Assembly: GCA_963717505.1 (NCBI GenBank)
Contig: OY970342.1
Location: forward strand, 960,001-1,024,000
Origin: Candidatus Eiseniibacteriota bacterium
Lineage (GTDB): Bacteria; Eisenbacteria; RBG-16-71-46
Length of the DNA stretch: 64,000 bases
Direction of reading: 5' to 3'
The position numbers and the translations under genes are program-made. Below, piece by piece: positions 9,250 to 18,351 of the stretch (its first letter is position 1; the number at the start of each line of letters is the position of its first letter). The notes beneath the pieces are model-generated. The model was not told the origin of the DNA. It was given only the letters and a program-made list of their open reading frames with translations, and searched no databases.

Positions 9250-10464
9250 ATGCGCGACTCGAATCAAGAGACCCCGGACGGTTCGCCCGATCCGGGCTCG
9301 ATCGACGCGCCCGCGAATCCGCCCCAGGCCGCGACGGATCCCGAATTGCCCGCGCCAGTGCGGAGTCCCGACGAGCCCGGCGCCCCCAACCCGGACCTCG
9401 AGTCGCCGCGGGCGACGCCGTCGGCGAGCCTGGTTCAGACCCCGGACATTGCCGCCGGACTGAGCCTTTGGCTGGTGCTGATCGTGGGCCTCGGTCTGGT
9501 CAGTGTCACCCTCGGTCAGACCGATGTCGCGATGCTCGCGGTGTTGTCGGGCCTGTGCGTCGCCGCCCAGTCGGCCGACGCCGATCCCCGATGGCGCGGG
9601 CTCCACACGCTCCTCGCCTGGATCGTCCCGGTCGGCGGCGCCGTCCTGCTCGGTATGATGGGCGTTCTGCTCGCGCAGAGCGACATCGGCGGGCCCGGGT
9701 CCGCCGCGATGATCGGCCTCTGCGTGGGCGGAGCCGCGACGAGCTTGCTGGTTGCGCTGCGCCCGTTCGCCAATGCGCTGACCGTGATGTGGTTCCGGGC
9801 GCCGCCATCGTACACGCTGCGCCTCGCGGCGCGCATCGTGTTCATCGGGCTGGTCACCGCGGTTCCGCTGTGGCTCGCGTTGCGCGTGTTGCTCGATTCG
9901 GTCATGGACGATCTCGGCTCGATGCTCGAGAGCGCGGGGCTGGGGCTCGGGCTCATCGGCTACGTTCTGCTCGCGTTCGCGTCGGTCGGCTGCTGGATTC
10001 GCCGGGATCTGCCGGCATCGATGGCACGCCTCGGGGTGGCGCCACTTCATCAGGGCCACGTCGTGGCGATCCTGCTGGGGGTCGGCGTTCTGCTCGTCTT
10101 CAACACCGGCCTGGAAGTCGTCCAGCGCCGGTTCTTCTCCGATTGGTGGCTCGAGGATCAGCAGATCAATCAGGCGATCCGCTCCGGTCTTGGCCTGCCC
10201 CAGATGCTGCTGCTCGGCGTCAGCGCCGGGATCGGAGAGGAAATCACGCTACGCGGCGCCTTGCAGCCACGGCTCGGACTGTTCTGGACGTCGCTGCTGT
10301 TCGCCGTCCTCCACGTCCAGTACTCGTGGTTCGGAATCGCCGTCATCTTCGCGATCGGGCTGATTCTCGGCGTGATCCGCAACCGCACGAACACCTCGGT
10401 CGCGATGGCGATCCACGCGCTCTACGACATCGTCGCGGTGCTGTCGATCGAGTCCCCCACGTAG
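9250..10464 (+). CDS. CPBP (Abi/CAAX) intramembrane metalloprotease
   Basis: Multiple TM helices; GEEITLRG, FAVLH, HALYD. Start is 9238 or 9250. Confidence 0.88.
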   Translation: MRDSNQETPDGSPDPGSIDAPANPPQAATDPELPAPVRSPDEPGAPNPDLESPRATPSASLVQTPDIAAGLSLWLVLIVGLGLVSVTLGQTDVAMLAVLSGLCVAAQSADADPRWRGLHTLLAWIVPVGGAVLLGMMGVLLAQSDIGGPGSAAMIGLCVGGAATSLLVALRPFANALTVMWFRAPPSYTLRLAARIVFIGLVTAVPLWLALRVLLDSVMDDLGSMLESAGLGLGLIGYVLLAFASVGCWIRRDLPASMARLGVAPLHQGHVVAILLGVGVLLVFNTGLEVVQRRFFSDWWLEDQQINQAIRSGLGLPQMLLLGVSAGIGEEITLRGALQPRLGLFWTSLLFAVLHVQYSWFGIAVIFAIGLILGVIRNRTNTSVAMAIHALYDIVAVLSIESPT

Positions 10465-10496
10465 CATGCCGCTCGTGCAGCCGGCGGGAAAACCGA

Positions 10497-11216
10497 CTAC
10501 GACAGGGTTTCCCCGGGGCGCAGTGCCACCACCTCGCTGGCGACGCCGAGCTTGCGCAGCTCCTCGCGCAGCGCGTCGGGCGTTCCCGTCAGGGCCGGGA
10601 ACGTGCCGTGGTGCATGGGCACGATGTACTTGGGCTTGAGCAAGCGCGCCGCCACCGCCGCCTCGCGCGGCGACATCGTGTACAAGTCGCCGATCGGCAG
10701 CAGCGCGATCTCCGGCGCATAGATCTCGCCGATCAGCGCCATGTCCGAGAACACCGCGGTGTCGCCGGCGTGGTAGATGCGCGTGCCGTCCTCGAGCGTG
10801 ACCACGAAGCCGCACGGCTCCCCGCCGTAGTGCAGCTGCGAGCCGTCTTCGATGCCACCGGAGTGCAGTGCCTGGGTCATGGTGAAGCGCACGCCGTGGA
10901 CCTCCTGCGTGCCGCCCTTGTTCATCGGCGACGTCGTGGTCACACCCTTGCGCTGGAGCCAGGCGTGGATTTCGTAGATGCAGACCACGGTCGGCCGATG
11001 TTTCTTGGCCAGGGTCACGGCGTCGCCCATGTGGTCGCCGTGGCCGTGCGAGATCGACATGATGTCGATCTTGTCGAATTGCTTCTGCCCCTGCGGGCAG
11101 GCCGGATTGCCCTCGACCCACGGATCCATGAGCACGGTCTTGGCGCCACGGGTCACCAGCCGGAAGGTGCTGTGGCCGAGCCAGGTCAGCGCGAAGCCGC
11201 GATTCAAGGTGGGCAT
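10497..11216 (-). CDS. UPF0173 metallo-beta-lactamase-fold hydrolase
   Basis: WLGHS, DPW, SHGHGDH, YHAGDT, LPIG..YTM, PMH.GTF. Confidence 0.92.
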   Translation of the reverse strand: MPTLNRGFALTWLGHSTFRLVTRGAKTVLMDPWVEGNPACPQGQKQFDKIDIMSISHGHGDHMGDAVTLAKKHRPTVVCIYEIHAWLQRKGVTTTSPMNKGGTQEVHGVRFTMTQALHSGGIEDGSQLHYGGEPCGFVVTLEDGTRIYHAGDTAVFSDMALIGEIYAPEIALLPIGDLYTMSPREAAVAARLLKPKYIVPMHHGTFPALTGTPDALREELRKLGVASEVVALRPGETLS

Positions 11217-11258
11217 GGACGGTGGCAGTCTACGCGCGGGTTCGCGGGGTCACAAACC

Positions 11259-11930
11259 CTAGTTGTGCGGGCCGGCCTCGCGCGGCGGATCCCCGGACTC
11301 CGGACGCCCGGAGCCGCGACGCAACACGCGTTCGATATGCTCGCGGATCGCGCGCCCGCGTTCGATCAAACTGTCCATCGCCAACAGCTCGAGCCGCTCT
11401 TCGGCGGGCAGGTCGCACGCCATGCAGATCGTGTTCACCAGGATCTCGTAGCGCAGGCTTCGGTCCACGCGACTCTCGGCCACCTCGCCCCCCACGGCGG
11501 CCAGCAGGCGCTCGAACGAATCGGCCAGCGCGCGCTTGTCGAGTTCGATCAATGGATCGTCGTCCGGATACGGATGCTGGGGCATCAACTCGATGCGCGC
11601 GGTTCGATACGGGAATTCGGACACGACCTTGCGGAAGCGCACGCGGGTGAGGCCGGTGACCTTGAGGTCGTAACAGTCGTTCGGCAGCCATTCGACTTCG
11701 TCGAAGCTCGCCAGGCATCCGAGCGCGTGGAACTCGGGGCTGCCGTGGTAGTCCAGCTCCCAGCCCGGCTTGAGCAGCGCCAGGGCCATGGTGCGATCCC
11801 CCGACAGCGCGTCGCGCACCATGGTGCGATAGCGCAGCTCGAACACGTGCAGGGCGAGCGTCGTGCCGGGGAACAGCACGGTGCCCGGAAGCGGAAACAC
11901 CGGCACCGTGTGCCGGGGCGCCGAAACCAC
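11259..11930 (-). CDS. Stand-alone Lon substrate-binding (N-terminal) domain protein
   Basis: PVFPL..VLFPG..L.LHVFE.RY..MV; no AAA or protease domain. Confidence 0.9.
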   Translation of the reverse strand: MVSAPRHTVPVFPLPGTVLFPGTTLALHVFELRYRTMVRDALSGDRTMALALLKPGWELDYHGSPEFHALGCLASFDEVEWLPNDCYDLKVTGLTRVRFRKVVSEFPYRTARIELMPQHPYPDDDPLIELDKRALADSFERLLAAVGGEVAESRVDRSLRYEILVNTICMACDLPAEERLELLAMDSLIERGRAIREHIERVLRRGSGRPESGDPPREAGPHN

Positions 11931-12002
11931 GTCGATTCCCTCTTCGCGCGAACCGCGGCGTGCGCCGGCCCCGAGTGGGGCGCCGGCGATCCGCCGGGGG
12001 GT

Positions 12003-12479
12003 TCAGTCGCGCACGAAGTCGAGCACGTCGGCGATGTGGCCTTCGACCTTGACCCGCGGCCAGATCTGCGCCACGCGTCCGGTGCGGTCGATGACAAAAG
12101 TCGTGCGCTCGATGCCCATGTGCTTCTTGCCGTACAGGTTCTTCTGTTTGTAAACGCCGTACAGCTTCGAAACCGCGGTGTCTTCGTCGGCCAGTAGCGG
12201 GAACGGCAGGTGGAACTTGTCGCGGAACTTGTGATGCGACTCCATGGGATCGGTCGAGATTCCGAGGACCACGACGTTGTTTTGGTCGAACTCCGCGGAA
12301 TGATCGCGGAAATCGCAGGCTTCTTTGGTGCACCCCGGCGTGTCGTCCTTCGGGTAAAAGTAGAGGACGACGGTCTTCTTGCCCTTGAACTGCTTGAGCG
12401 TGATCGTCTCGCCGGTGCTTGCCGGCAGGCTGAAGTCCGGAGCCATCTTCCCGATCACGGGAAGCAGAGCCGTGGCCAT
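12003..12479 (-). CDS. bcp: Peroxiredoxin Bcp/PrxQ
   Basis: LYFYPKDDTPGCTKEAC; GIERTTFVID. Confidence 0.95.
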   Translation of the reverse strand: MATALLPVIGKMAPDFSLPASTGETITLKQFKGKKTVVLYFYPKDDTPGCTKEACDFRDHSAEFDQNNVVVLGISTDPMESHHKFRDKFHLPFPLLADEDTAVSKLYGVYKQKNLYGKKHMGIERTTFVIDRTGRVAQIWPRVKVEGHIADVLDFVRD

Positions 12480-12574
12480 TCGTTTCCTCCGTCGGTGTTC
12501 GGGTTCGGGCCTCAAGCACATCCGGGCTCCGCCTGGAGCCCGGATGGCATGGGCGGCGCGCGCCCGGAGTCGCT

Positions 12575-13189
12575 CTACCGGTGAACCGCCTGCATGGCGA
12601 GTGCGCGATCGAGGTTTTGCGCGACCACGTCCCAATCGAGATTGTTGAAGAACGCCTCGATGTACTTGGCGCGCGCACGACCGTAGTCGAGCCAGTACGC
12701 GTGCTCGTACACGTCGAGCGCGAGGACCGGCGTCGCGTTCCACAGCGGGAACGTGTTCTGGGCGTCGCCGACCACGGTGGTCAGCGTGCTCCAATCATGA
12801 TCGTAGGCCAGCCAGACCCAGCCACGGGCCGCGAGTCCCGAGGCCTTGAAGTCCGCGAGCCAGGCGTCGTAGGAAGGGAAGTCGCGCGCGATCATCTCCT
12901 TGAGCTTGCCGCCGGCAGCGCCGCCCTTGCCGCCCAGGTGCCCGAAGTAGATCTCGTGGTTCTTGACGCCGCCGGTGGCGAACGAGAGATCCACGCGCAG
13001 CGAGCGCAGGTCGCTGAAGATCTGGTTGGCGGTCGCGCGGTCGACGGTCGCGAGCTTTTCCTGGATTTCGTTGGTCTTGGCGACGTAGCCCTTGTAGAGC
13101 TCGTAGTGCTCTTCCATGGTTCGCGCCGAAATGCCGTTCAGTTCCTTGATCGACGCGAACGTCTTGGGAGTGAGTTTCGGGAATGGCAT
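12575..13189 (-). CDS. Fe/Mn-family superoxide dismutase
   Basis: EEHYELY, NHEIYF, GWVWL, DVYEHAY; RBS AAGGAG. Confidence 0.92.
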   Translation of the reverse strand: MPFPKLTPKTFASIKELNGISARTMEEHYELYKGYVAKTNEIQEKLATVDRATANQIFSDLRSLRVDLSFATGGVKNHEIYFGHLGGKGGAAGGKLKEMIARDFPSYDAWLADFKASGLAARGWVWLAYDHDWSTLTTVVGDAQNTFPLWNATPVLALDVYEHAYWLDYGRARAKYIEAFFNNLDWDVVAQNLDRALAMQAVHR

Positions 13190-13280
13190 GGCCGTATCTC
13201 CTTCGGACTCCGGGGAGGCGCGACCCCGCCGCGATGGCGTACGGCCTCCGAGATTATGGGTCGGGGAATGTGACCCCGGG

Positions 13281-13310
13281 AGGCTATCCCCGTCTCGCGC
13301 GGAGTGTCAA
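13281..13310 (-). promoter_or_regulatory. Candidate sigma70 promoter for the SOD-bcp unit
   Basis: Minus strand TTGACA-N18-TAGCCT, about 90 nt upstream of the SOD start. Confidence 0.6.
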
Positions 13311-13335
13311 TCGCCGAATCCGCGCGCGACTTGCG

Positions 13336-13818
13336 TCAGTTCGCCGGATGCGCGGGTTCATCGCCGGGACGCGCACGCAAGCGCGACACGCCCCCGGTGA
13401 GTCCAGCGACCACCGAATCGCGCAGCGCCTCGAGGATTGGCCCGCTTTCCGGACAGGTCGGATCGTAGGTGCGGCAGGCCGCCAAGGTGTAGCCACATCC
13501 ACAGGTGCAGTTCCGCGCGTTCGCGAAGCGCACGAAATGCTCGAGCTGTCGCGGCGAGAGCCCGGCGACCTCGATCTGCTTGATGTCGTCCATCCAGCGT
13601 TGCTTGAGCTCGGTCGAGTCCACCGGAATCTGTCCCAATGCACGATCGATCACCGCGTCGCTCGAGTCGTCGAAAGCGGCCAGCGGATCGACCGGGGCCG
13701 GCGCGGGCGGGCTTGCTGCGCGCCAGTTGGCGAACCACGCGACCAGCCCCGCGAGCAGGGCGACCAAGGTCATCGCGGCGATCCAGGAAATGCGGCCATG
13801 TTGGCTTGCGTCCCTCAT
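13336..13818 (-). CDS. Membrane-anchored hypothetical protein with a 5-Cys motif
   Basis: N-terminal TM helix; NCTCGCGYTLAACRTYDPTC. Confidence 0.75.
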   Translation of the reverse strand: MRDASQHGRISWIAAMTLVALLAGLVAWFANWRAASPPAPAPVDPLAAFDDSSDAVIDRALGQIPVDSTELKQRWMDDIKQIEVAGLSPRQLEHFVRFANARNCTCGCGYTLAACRTYDPTCPESGPILEALRDSVVAGLTGGVSRLRARPGDEPAHPAN

Positions 13819-13875
13819 GACCCTGAATGATAGTCGGCGCCCGATGAATCGTCACGACCAGCGCATCACAGCTCC

Positions 13876-14448
13876 ATGACCTGGACGCGCGGCGTTCCCG
13901 CGTCCGAGGCCAAGCCACCGCTGGATTCCATCTATCAGCGAATCGGCGGGGCGTCGTCGCGCGGTGCGGTCGCGAACCTGTGGCAGTCGATGGGATCCGA
14001 TCCCAAGACGCTCGAGGCCGCGTTCGTGCTCTATCGCACGCTGATGTCGGACCCGGCGCCGCTGACCCAGGCTCAGGCCGAGCTGATCGCGGTGGTCGTG
14101 TCGGCGACCAACGGCTGCGGCTACTGCGTCGCGCGCCGTGGCCCGCGCCTCGCTGCCGCACTTCAGAACGAAGCGCTCGCCCGCGCGGTGGCGCGCGACT
14201 ATCGCGAGGCCGACCTGCCGGCTCGCGATCGCGTGTTGCTCGACTATGCGGTGGCACTGACCTGCGAACCTTCCGAGCGCACCGCCGCCGATGTCGAGCG
14301 GGTTCGCGAGTACGGGTTCGACGACGCCGCGATCCTCAAAGCCACCGAGATCACCGCCTACTACAACTTCATCAATCGCGTCGCGAGCGGGTTGGGCGTG
14401 CCGCACGACGAGGGTGTGGAGCCGTGGGAGTTCGGCGCGCAGAAGTAG
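13876..14448 (+). CDS. AhpD/CMD-family peroxidase-related protein
   Basis: ELIAVVVSATNGCGYC; YYNFINR. Confidence 0.88.
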   Translation: MTWTRGVPASEAKPPLDSIYQRIGGASSRGAVANLWQSMGSDPKTLEAAFVLYRTLMSDPAPLTQAQAELIAVVVSATNGCGYCVARRGPRLAAALQNEALARAVARDYREADLPARDRVLLDYAVALTCEPSERTAADVERVREYGFDDAAILKATEITAYYNFINRVASGLGVPHDEGVEPWEFGAQK

Positions 14449-14492
14449 GAAGGCCAAACCGGACAACCCAGGCGGTGTTCACCGACTGACGT

Positions 14493-15341
14493 TCACGCCC
14501 CCGCGGCGTCGCGCTCTTCGGCCGGGGGCGCGACGACCGCGCCGGGCACCGCGAACTCGAGCAACGCCGCTCCGGCTCCGGGCCCCGGCTCGTAGCAGCG
14601 CAGGTCGGCGCGCACGTCCTCGCCCAGGAAACCGCGCAGGATCTCGAGGTGGCGGAGACCCGCTTCGAGCTGGACGCGGTCGCCGTGCGCGACATTGTCC
14701 TCGGGAACCGTCGCTCGCTCGGCCTCGACCTCGGACCAGTTGCCGGCACGAAGTGCCGCGATCAATCGCTCGTCGACTTCCGCTCCCCCGGCCAGCTCGC
14801 GGCCGAATCGCCACGCGTGCTCGTTGAAGGTCAGGAGCCCTCCGACCACGAAGGCGACCGGGTCCGGCCACGTGCTCGCCACCTGCGCGATGGCAGCGCC
14901 GAAGGCGCGGCACTCCGACGCCGGCCGGTCGGCGACCGACACCGGCACGATGCGCACCCCGCGGTCGGGAATCAGGAAGCGCATCGGCACGCTGACGCCG
15001 CTGTCGACGCCGCGCTTGGTGGTCTGGACGCGCGCACCCGCGGCCGAGGCGCGCTCCACGATCGCCCGCGCCAACGCCGGGTCGCCCGCGCAGTCGTAAC
15101 GGACCTCGACGCCCAGGTCGGCGTAGTCGGTGATCGTGCGATGTCGCGCGCCGATGTCGACCAGGAACGGACCCGAGGTGCGCCAGCGCGCGCTGACCAC
15201 GACCACGGTGGACGGCCGGGCGGCTCGCATCGATGCCGAGGCGTCGACCAGTGCGGTCAGCATCGGGGTCTCGTGCCCGCGGTGCGCATCGACAGCCAAC
15301 GTGGGCAGGTGCGGGACGAGCCACGCGAGCGGGGTGATCAT
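14493..15341 (-). CDS. LigB/DODA-like extradiol dioxygenase fold protein, apparently degenerate
   Basis: VPHLP, VVVSARW, RGVDSG, VPVSV; overall LigB layout. Confidence 0.7.
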   Translation of the reverse strand: MITPLAWLVPHLPTLAVDAHRGHETPMLTALVDASASMRAARPSTVVVVSARWRTSGPFLVDIGARHRTITDYADLGVEVRYDCAGDPALARAIVERASAAGARVQTTKRGVDSGVSVPMRFLIPDRGVRIVPVSVADRPASECRAFGAAIAQVASTWPDPVAFVVGGLLTFNEHAWRFGRELAGGAEVDERLIAALRAGNWSEVEAERATVPEDNVAHGDRVQLEAGLRHLEILRGFLGEDVRADLRCYEPGPGAGAALLEFAVPGAVVAPPAEERDAAGA

Positions 15342-15348
15342 GGCGGCG

Positions 15349-16362
15349 TCAGTGGTGCCGGATGCGGAACTCGGCTTCGGCGCGCGCGGCGGCCCGCTCG
15401 TTGCCGGCGCCGACCGCGACCCCTTCGCGCCGAGCCGCGACCAGCAGCTCGCCGGGCAGCGGAAACACCACGCGTTCCTCGACCATGCGGAACTCCTCGA
15501 CGCGGTAGCTACCGAGCGCGCACACGCGCTCGACGCATTGCTGCACGATGTCCTCCGGGGTCGATGCGCCCGCGGTGATTCCGAGGTCACCGGTGATCCA
15601 CTCGGGCTGGATGTCCTCGGCCGACTCGATCAGGTAGGAACGGGCGCCATGTTGCGCAGCGACCTCGACCAGGCGATTGGCGTTGCTGCTGGCAGGTGCT
15701 CCCACCACCAGCACCAGGCCACACCGCCGCGCCAGCTCCTTGACCGCGTTCTGGCGATTCTGCGTCGCGTAGCAGATGTCGTCCTTCGCCGGCTCGTGGA
15801 TCGCGGGAAAGCGGAGCTTGAGCGCGCCCACGATCTGGCGCACGTCGTCGACCGACAGCGTGGTCTGGGTGATGTAGGCGACGCGCGCGGGGTCGCGCAC
15901 CTCGAGTCGCTCGGCTTCGGCAACGGTCTCGACCAACACGATCGCTTCGGGCGCCTCGCCCATCGTGCCCTGGACCTCGACGTGGTCGCGGTGGCCGATG
16001 AGCACGATCGTGTAGCCGTCCCGCGCGTACTTGAGAGCCTCGAGGTGCACCTTGGTCACCAGCGGGCAGGTCGCGTCGAGCGACTTGAGGCCGCGGGCCT
16101 CGGCTTCGCGACGCACCGCCGGCGACACACCGTGCGCGGAAAAGATCACGTGCGAGCCCTCGGGCACCTCCGACAGCTCGTCGACGAACACCGCGCCCTT
16201 GTCGCGCAGGTCGCTGACCACGTGACGATTGTGGACGATCTCGTGCCGCACGTAGATCGGGGGACCGTAGACCTGGAGCGCCAGGTCCACGATGTCGATG
16301 GCGCGGTCGACGCCCGCGCAGAAACCGCGGGGTGCGGCCAGATGCAAGGTGTGGGTGGTCAT
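15349..16362 (-). CDS. ispH: 4-hydroxy-3-methylbut-2-enyl diphosphate reductase
   Basis: PRGFCAGV, IVHN, SAHG, DATCPLV, QTTLS, ICYATQNRQ, SSN, TAGASTP. Confidence 0.97.
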   Translation of the reverse strand: MTTHTLHLAAPRGFCAGVDRAIDIVDLALQVYGPPIYVRHEIVHNRHVVSDLRDKGAVFVDELSEVPEGSHVIFSAHGVSPAVRREAEARGLKSLDATCPLVTKVHLEALKYARDGYTIVLIGHRDHVEVQGTMGEAPEAIVLVETVAEAERLEVRDPARVAYITQTTLSVDDVRQIVGALKLRFPAIHEPAKDDICYATQNRQNAVKELARRCGLVLVVGAPASSNANRLVEVAAQHGARSYLIESAEDIQPEWITGDLGITAGASTPEDIVQQCVERVCALGSYRVEEFRMVEERVVFPLPGELLVAARREGVAVGAGNERAAARAEAEFRIRHH

Positions 16363-16472
16363 CGGGCCGAGGAGTGTAATACAGGGCGACGCCGGACGCG
16401 CAGGCGGGAAAGCCCATGACGGAGCAGCCGCGGCCCGCGCCCCGCGTGGCCCGTCGTTAGATGACAGCTCGG

Positions 16473-17024
16473 CTAGCGGAGCCTCAGGTCCCGCGTCACG
16501 AGCAGAACGCCGTCTGTTCCCTTGGTCACGCGCTGCACGGTTCCGAAACGGCCCTCGCTGCGCGAACGCTCGCGCTCGGCGCGGGTCACCAGCGGATCGT
16601 CGTCGAAGCGAACCTCGAATTCCTGGCTGCGCTCGTCGCGCGTGACCCGGTAGTGGATGTGCGCGGGAATCGACCGATTGGGATAGGCCGCAGGCCGAAT
16701 CGTGTGCAGCTCGTACTCGCCGTTCTCGCCGCTCGTCAGGTCCGCGGTCAGCCGCGGCTCGCCGAGACTGCCATCGGGCGCGTAGTAGCCGCGCGTGTCG
16801 GTCTGCCACACGTGGAGTGCGGCCCCAGCCACCGGTGTCTTGCCATCGGCCGCAGTGATGCGTCCGCGAACGATCATCCGGGCGCCGGGCTCTCCCGGCG
16901 TGGCCACGGTCGCGCGCCACGGCGCCGCCTCGCCGGAATCCTGAGCCGCGGGGAACGCGGTCAGGAGCCCAGGGTTCAACATGATCGTAGCGGTCATCAA
17001 CGCCACTTTCGGAACACGATGCAT
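16473..17024 (-). CDS. Intradiol ring-cleavage dioxygenase-like protein, probably exported
   Basis: RBS AGGAG; hydrophobic N-terminus; VWQTD..GYY, TIRP..YP, PAHIH. Confidence 0.8.
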   Translation of the reverse strand: MHRVPKVALMTATIMLNPGLLTAFPAAQDSGEAAPWRATVATPGEPGARMIVRGRITAADGKTPVAGAALHVWQTDTRGYYAPDGSLGEPRLTADLTSGENGEYELHTIRPAAYPNRSIPAHIHYRVTRDERSQEFEVRFDDDPLVTRAERERSRSEGRFGTVQRVTKGTDGVLLVTRDLRLR

Positions 17025-17204
17025 GCGGGCTCTCCTGGGGGATCGGTTCGCGAGAACGCTAGCCCGCAAACCCGCCCGGGCCGAACCCGGATCGACGAGC
17101 GGCGAGCCCGCGGCGACGAACGCCGTCCCCTGACAGGGGCGTGACCCGATTCCGTGGGCGAAGCGGGGCCGGGGCGTGACGGCGCGCGCGGCCCGCGGCC
17201 GACT

Positions 17205-18347
17205 CTATCGGCGTTGCGCCTCGCGAATCCGCGATTCCTCGGCCAGCGAATCCGCGGTCGCTAGTGCGCGAATCGAATCCGACGCGGTGGCCAGCTGGCC
17301 CGCCTTGAGGTTGCGCACGTAGCCGCGATTGAGCGGATCGGTGAACAACCGCTCGGCCGCTCGCAGCTCGCGCAGCGCGCCGCGCGAATCGCCCTGCGAA
17401 CCGAGGACGCTGCCCAAGACGACCCGTGCGTCTCCCGACCTCGGGTTGCGGCGGACGCCGTCGCGCGCGAGCTGGAGCGCCTCGTCTTCGCGCCCGGCTT
17501 CCTGAAGCATGCGGATCGCCTGCACGCGGGCGTTGTGGTCGTCCGGCCGCTGTTTGAGCCAGCGCAACGCAACCGCCAGGGCTTCATCCTTTCGGCCCAG
17601 GGACTCGAGCATTTGCATCTGCCCCTGAATCGCGAGCGCCGACGTCGAGTCGGCGGCTTCGGCACTTCGGTAGGCGGCCAGTGCTTCCTCCTGCCGGCCG
17701 GCGCGGCGTTCCAGGTTGCCGAGATTCACCCAGGCGCCGGCGTCGGAATCGTCGATCGCGATCGCGGCGCGGTACTCTTCGCGAGCATCGGCATCGCGCC
17801 CGAGCGTGGTCAGCACGACGCCGAGGTCCCGGTGCTCGGCCGCGCGGTCCGGCGGCAGGTCGATCGCGCGCCGCAGCGCTCGCTCGGCATCGGGGGGGCG
17901 GCCCTGCAGGGAGTAGGCGAACGCGAGCGCCTGCCAGGCCTGATCATCGTCGCTGCGCTCGGCGGTCAGCGCCTCGAGCAGCGTCGTCGCCTCGGCGGCG
18001 TTGCCGATACGGGCGAGCGCCAGGCCCAGCTCCCGCTTCGCCCCCGGGTGTTGCGGTTGCAAGTTCAGCTCGCGACGGAACGCCACGATGGCCTCGCGCA
18101 ATCGATCCATGCCCGACAGCACGACACCGATCCGATACTGGGCCTCGGGGAAGGTCGAGTCGGCGGCCGAGGCCGCGGCGTACGCGGAGATCGCCGAGGT
18201 CGGCCGGTGCTCCTGCTCGAAGCGGAGTCCATCGCCGAAGGCGGCCTGCGCCTTGGCGCGATCTCCGGGTGGCGCCGCCGACGTGGCCGCAAGCACGAGG
18301 GCCGCGGCGACGATCGCCACCGCGGCCCCGCTCTTAGGTTGCTGCAC
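17205..18347 (-). CDS. Exported tetratricopeptide-repeat protein
   Basis: Signal peptide; repeated A...LG..L...G...EA...P units. Confidence 0.85.
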   Translation of the reverse strand: MQQPKSGAAVAIVAAALVLAATSAAPPGDRAKAQAAFGDGLRFEQEHRPTSAISAYAAASAADSTFPEAQYRIGVVLSGMDRLREAIVAFRRELNLQPQHPGAKRELGLALARIGNAAEATTLLEALTAERSDDDQAWQALAFAYSLQGRPPDAERALRRAIDLPPDRAAEHRDLGVVLTTLGRDADAREEYRAAIAIDDSDAGAWVNLGNLERRAGRQEEALAAYRSAEAADSTSALAIQGQMQMLESLGRKDEALAVALRWLKQRPDDHNARVQAIRMLQEAGREDEALQLARDGVRRNPRSGDARVVLGSVLGSQGDSRGALRELRAAERLFTDPLNRGYVRNLKAGQLATASDSIRALATADSLAEESRIREAQRR

Positions 18348-18351
18348 GGAT

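Noticed and set aside
8757-12197. 1146-aa plus-strand ORF and many other long overlapping ORFs (e.g. 675-2747, 5423-7564, 20854-22902, 47537-49258)
   Set aside because: Shadow frames of motif-bearing genes in high-GC DNA; Arg/Ala/Pro-rich with no recognisable domains.
13190-13280. GC-rich stems in the SOD leader considered as a Mn (yybP-ykoY) riboswitch
   Set aside because: The conserved riboswitch loop sequences are not recognisable; short stems are expected by chance at this GC content.
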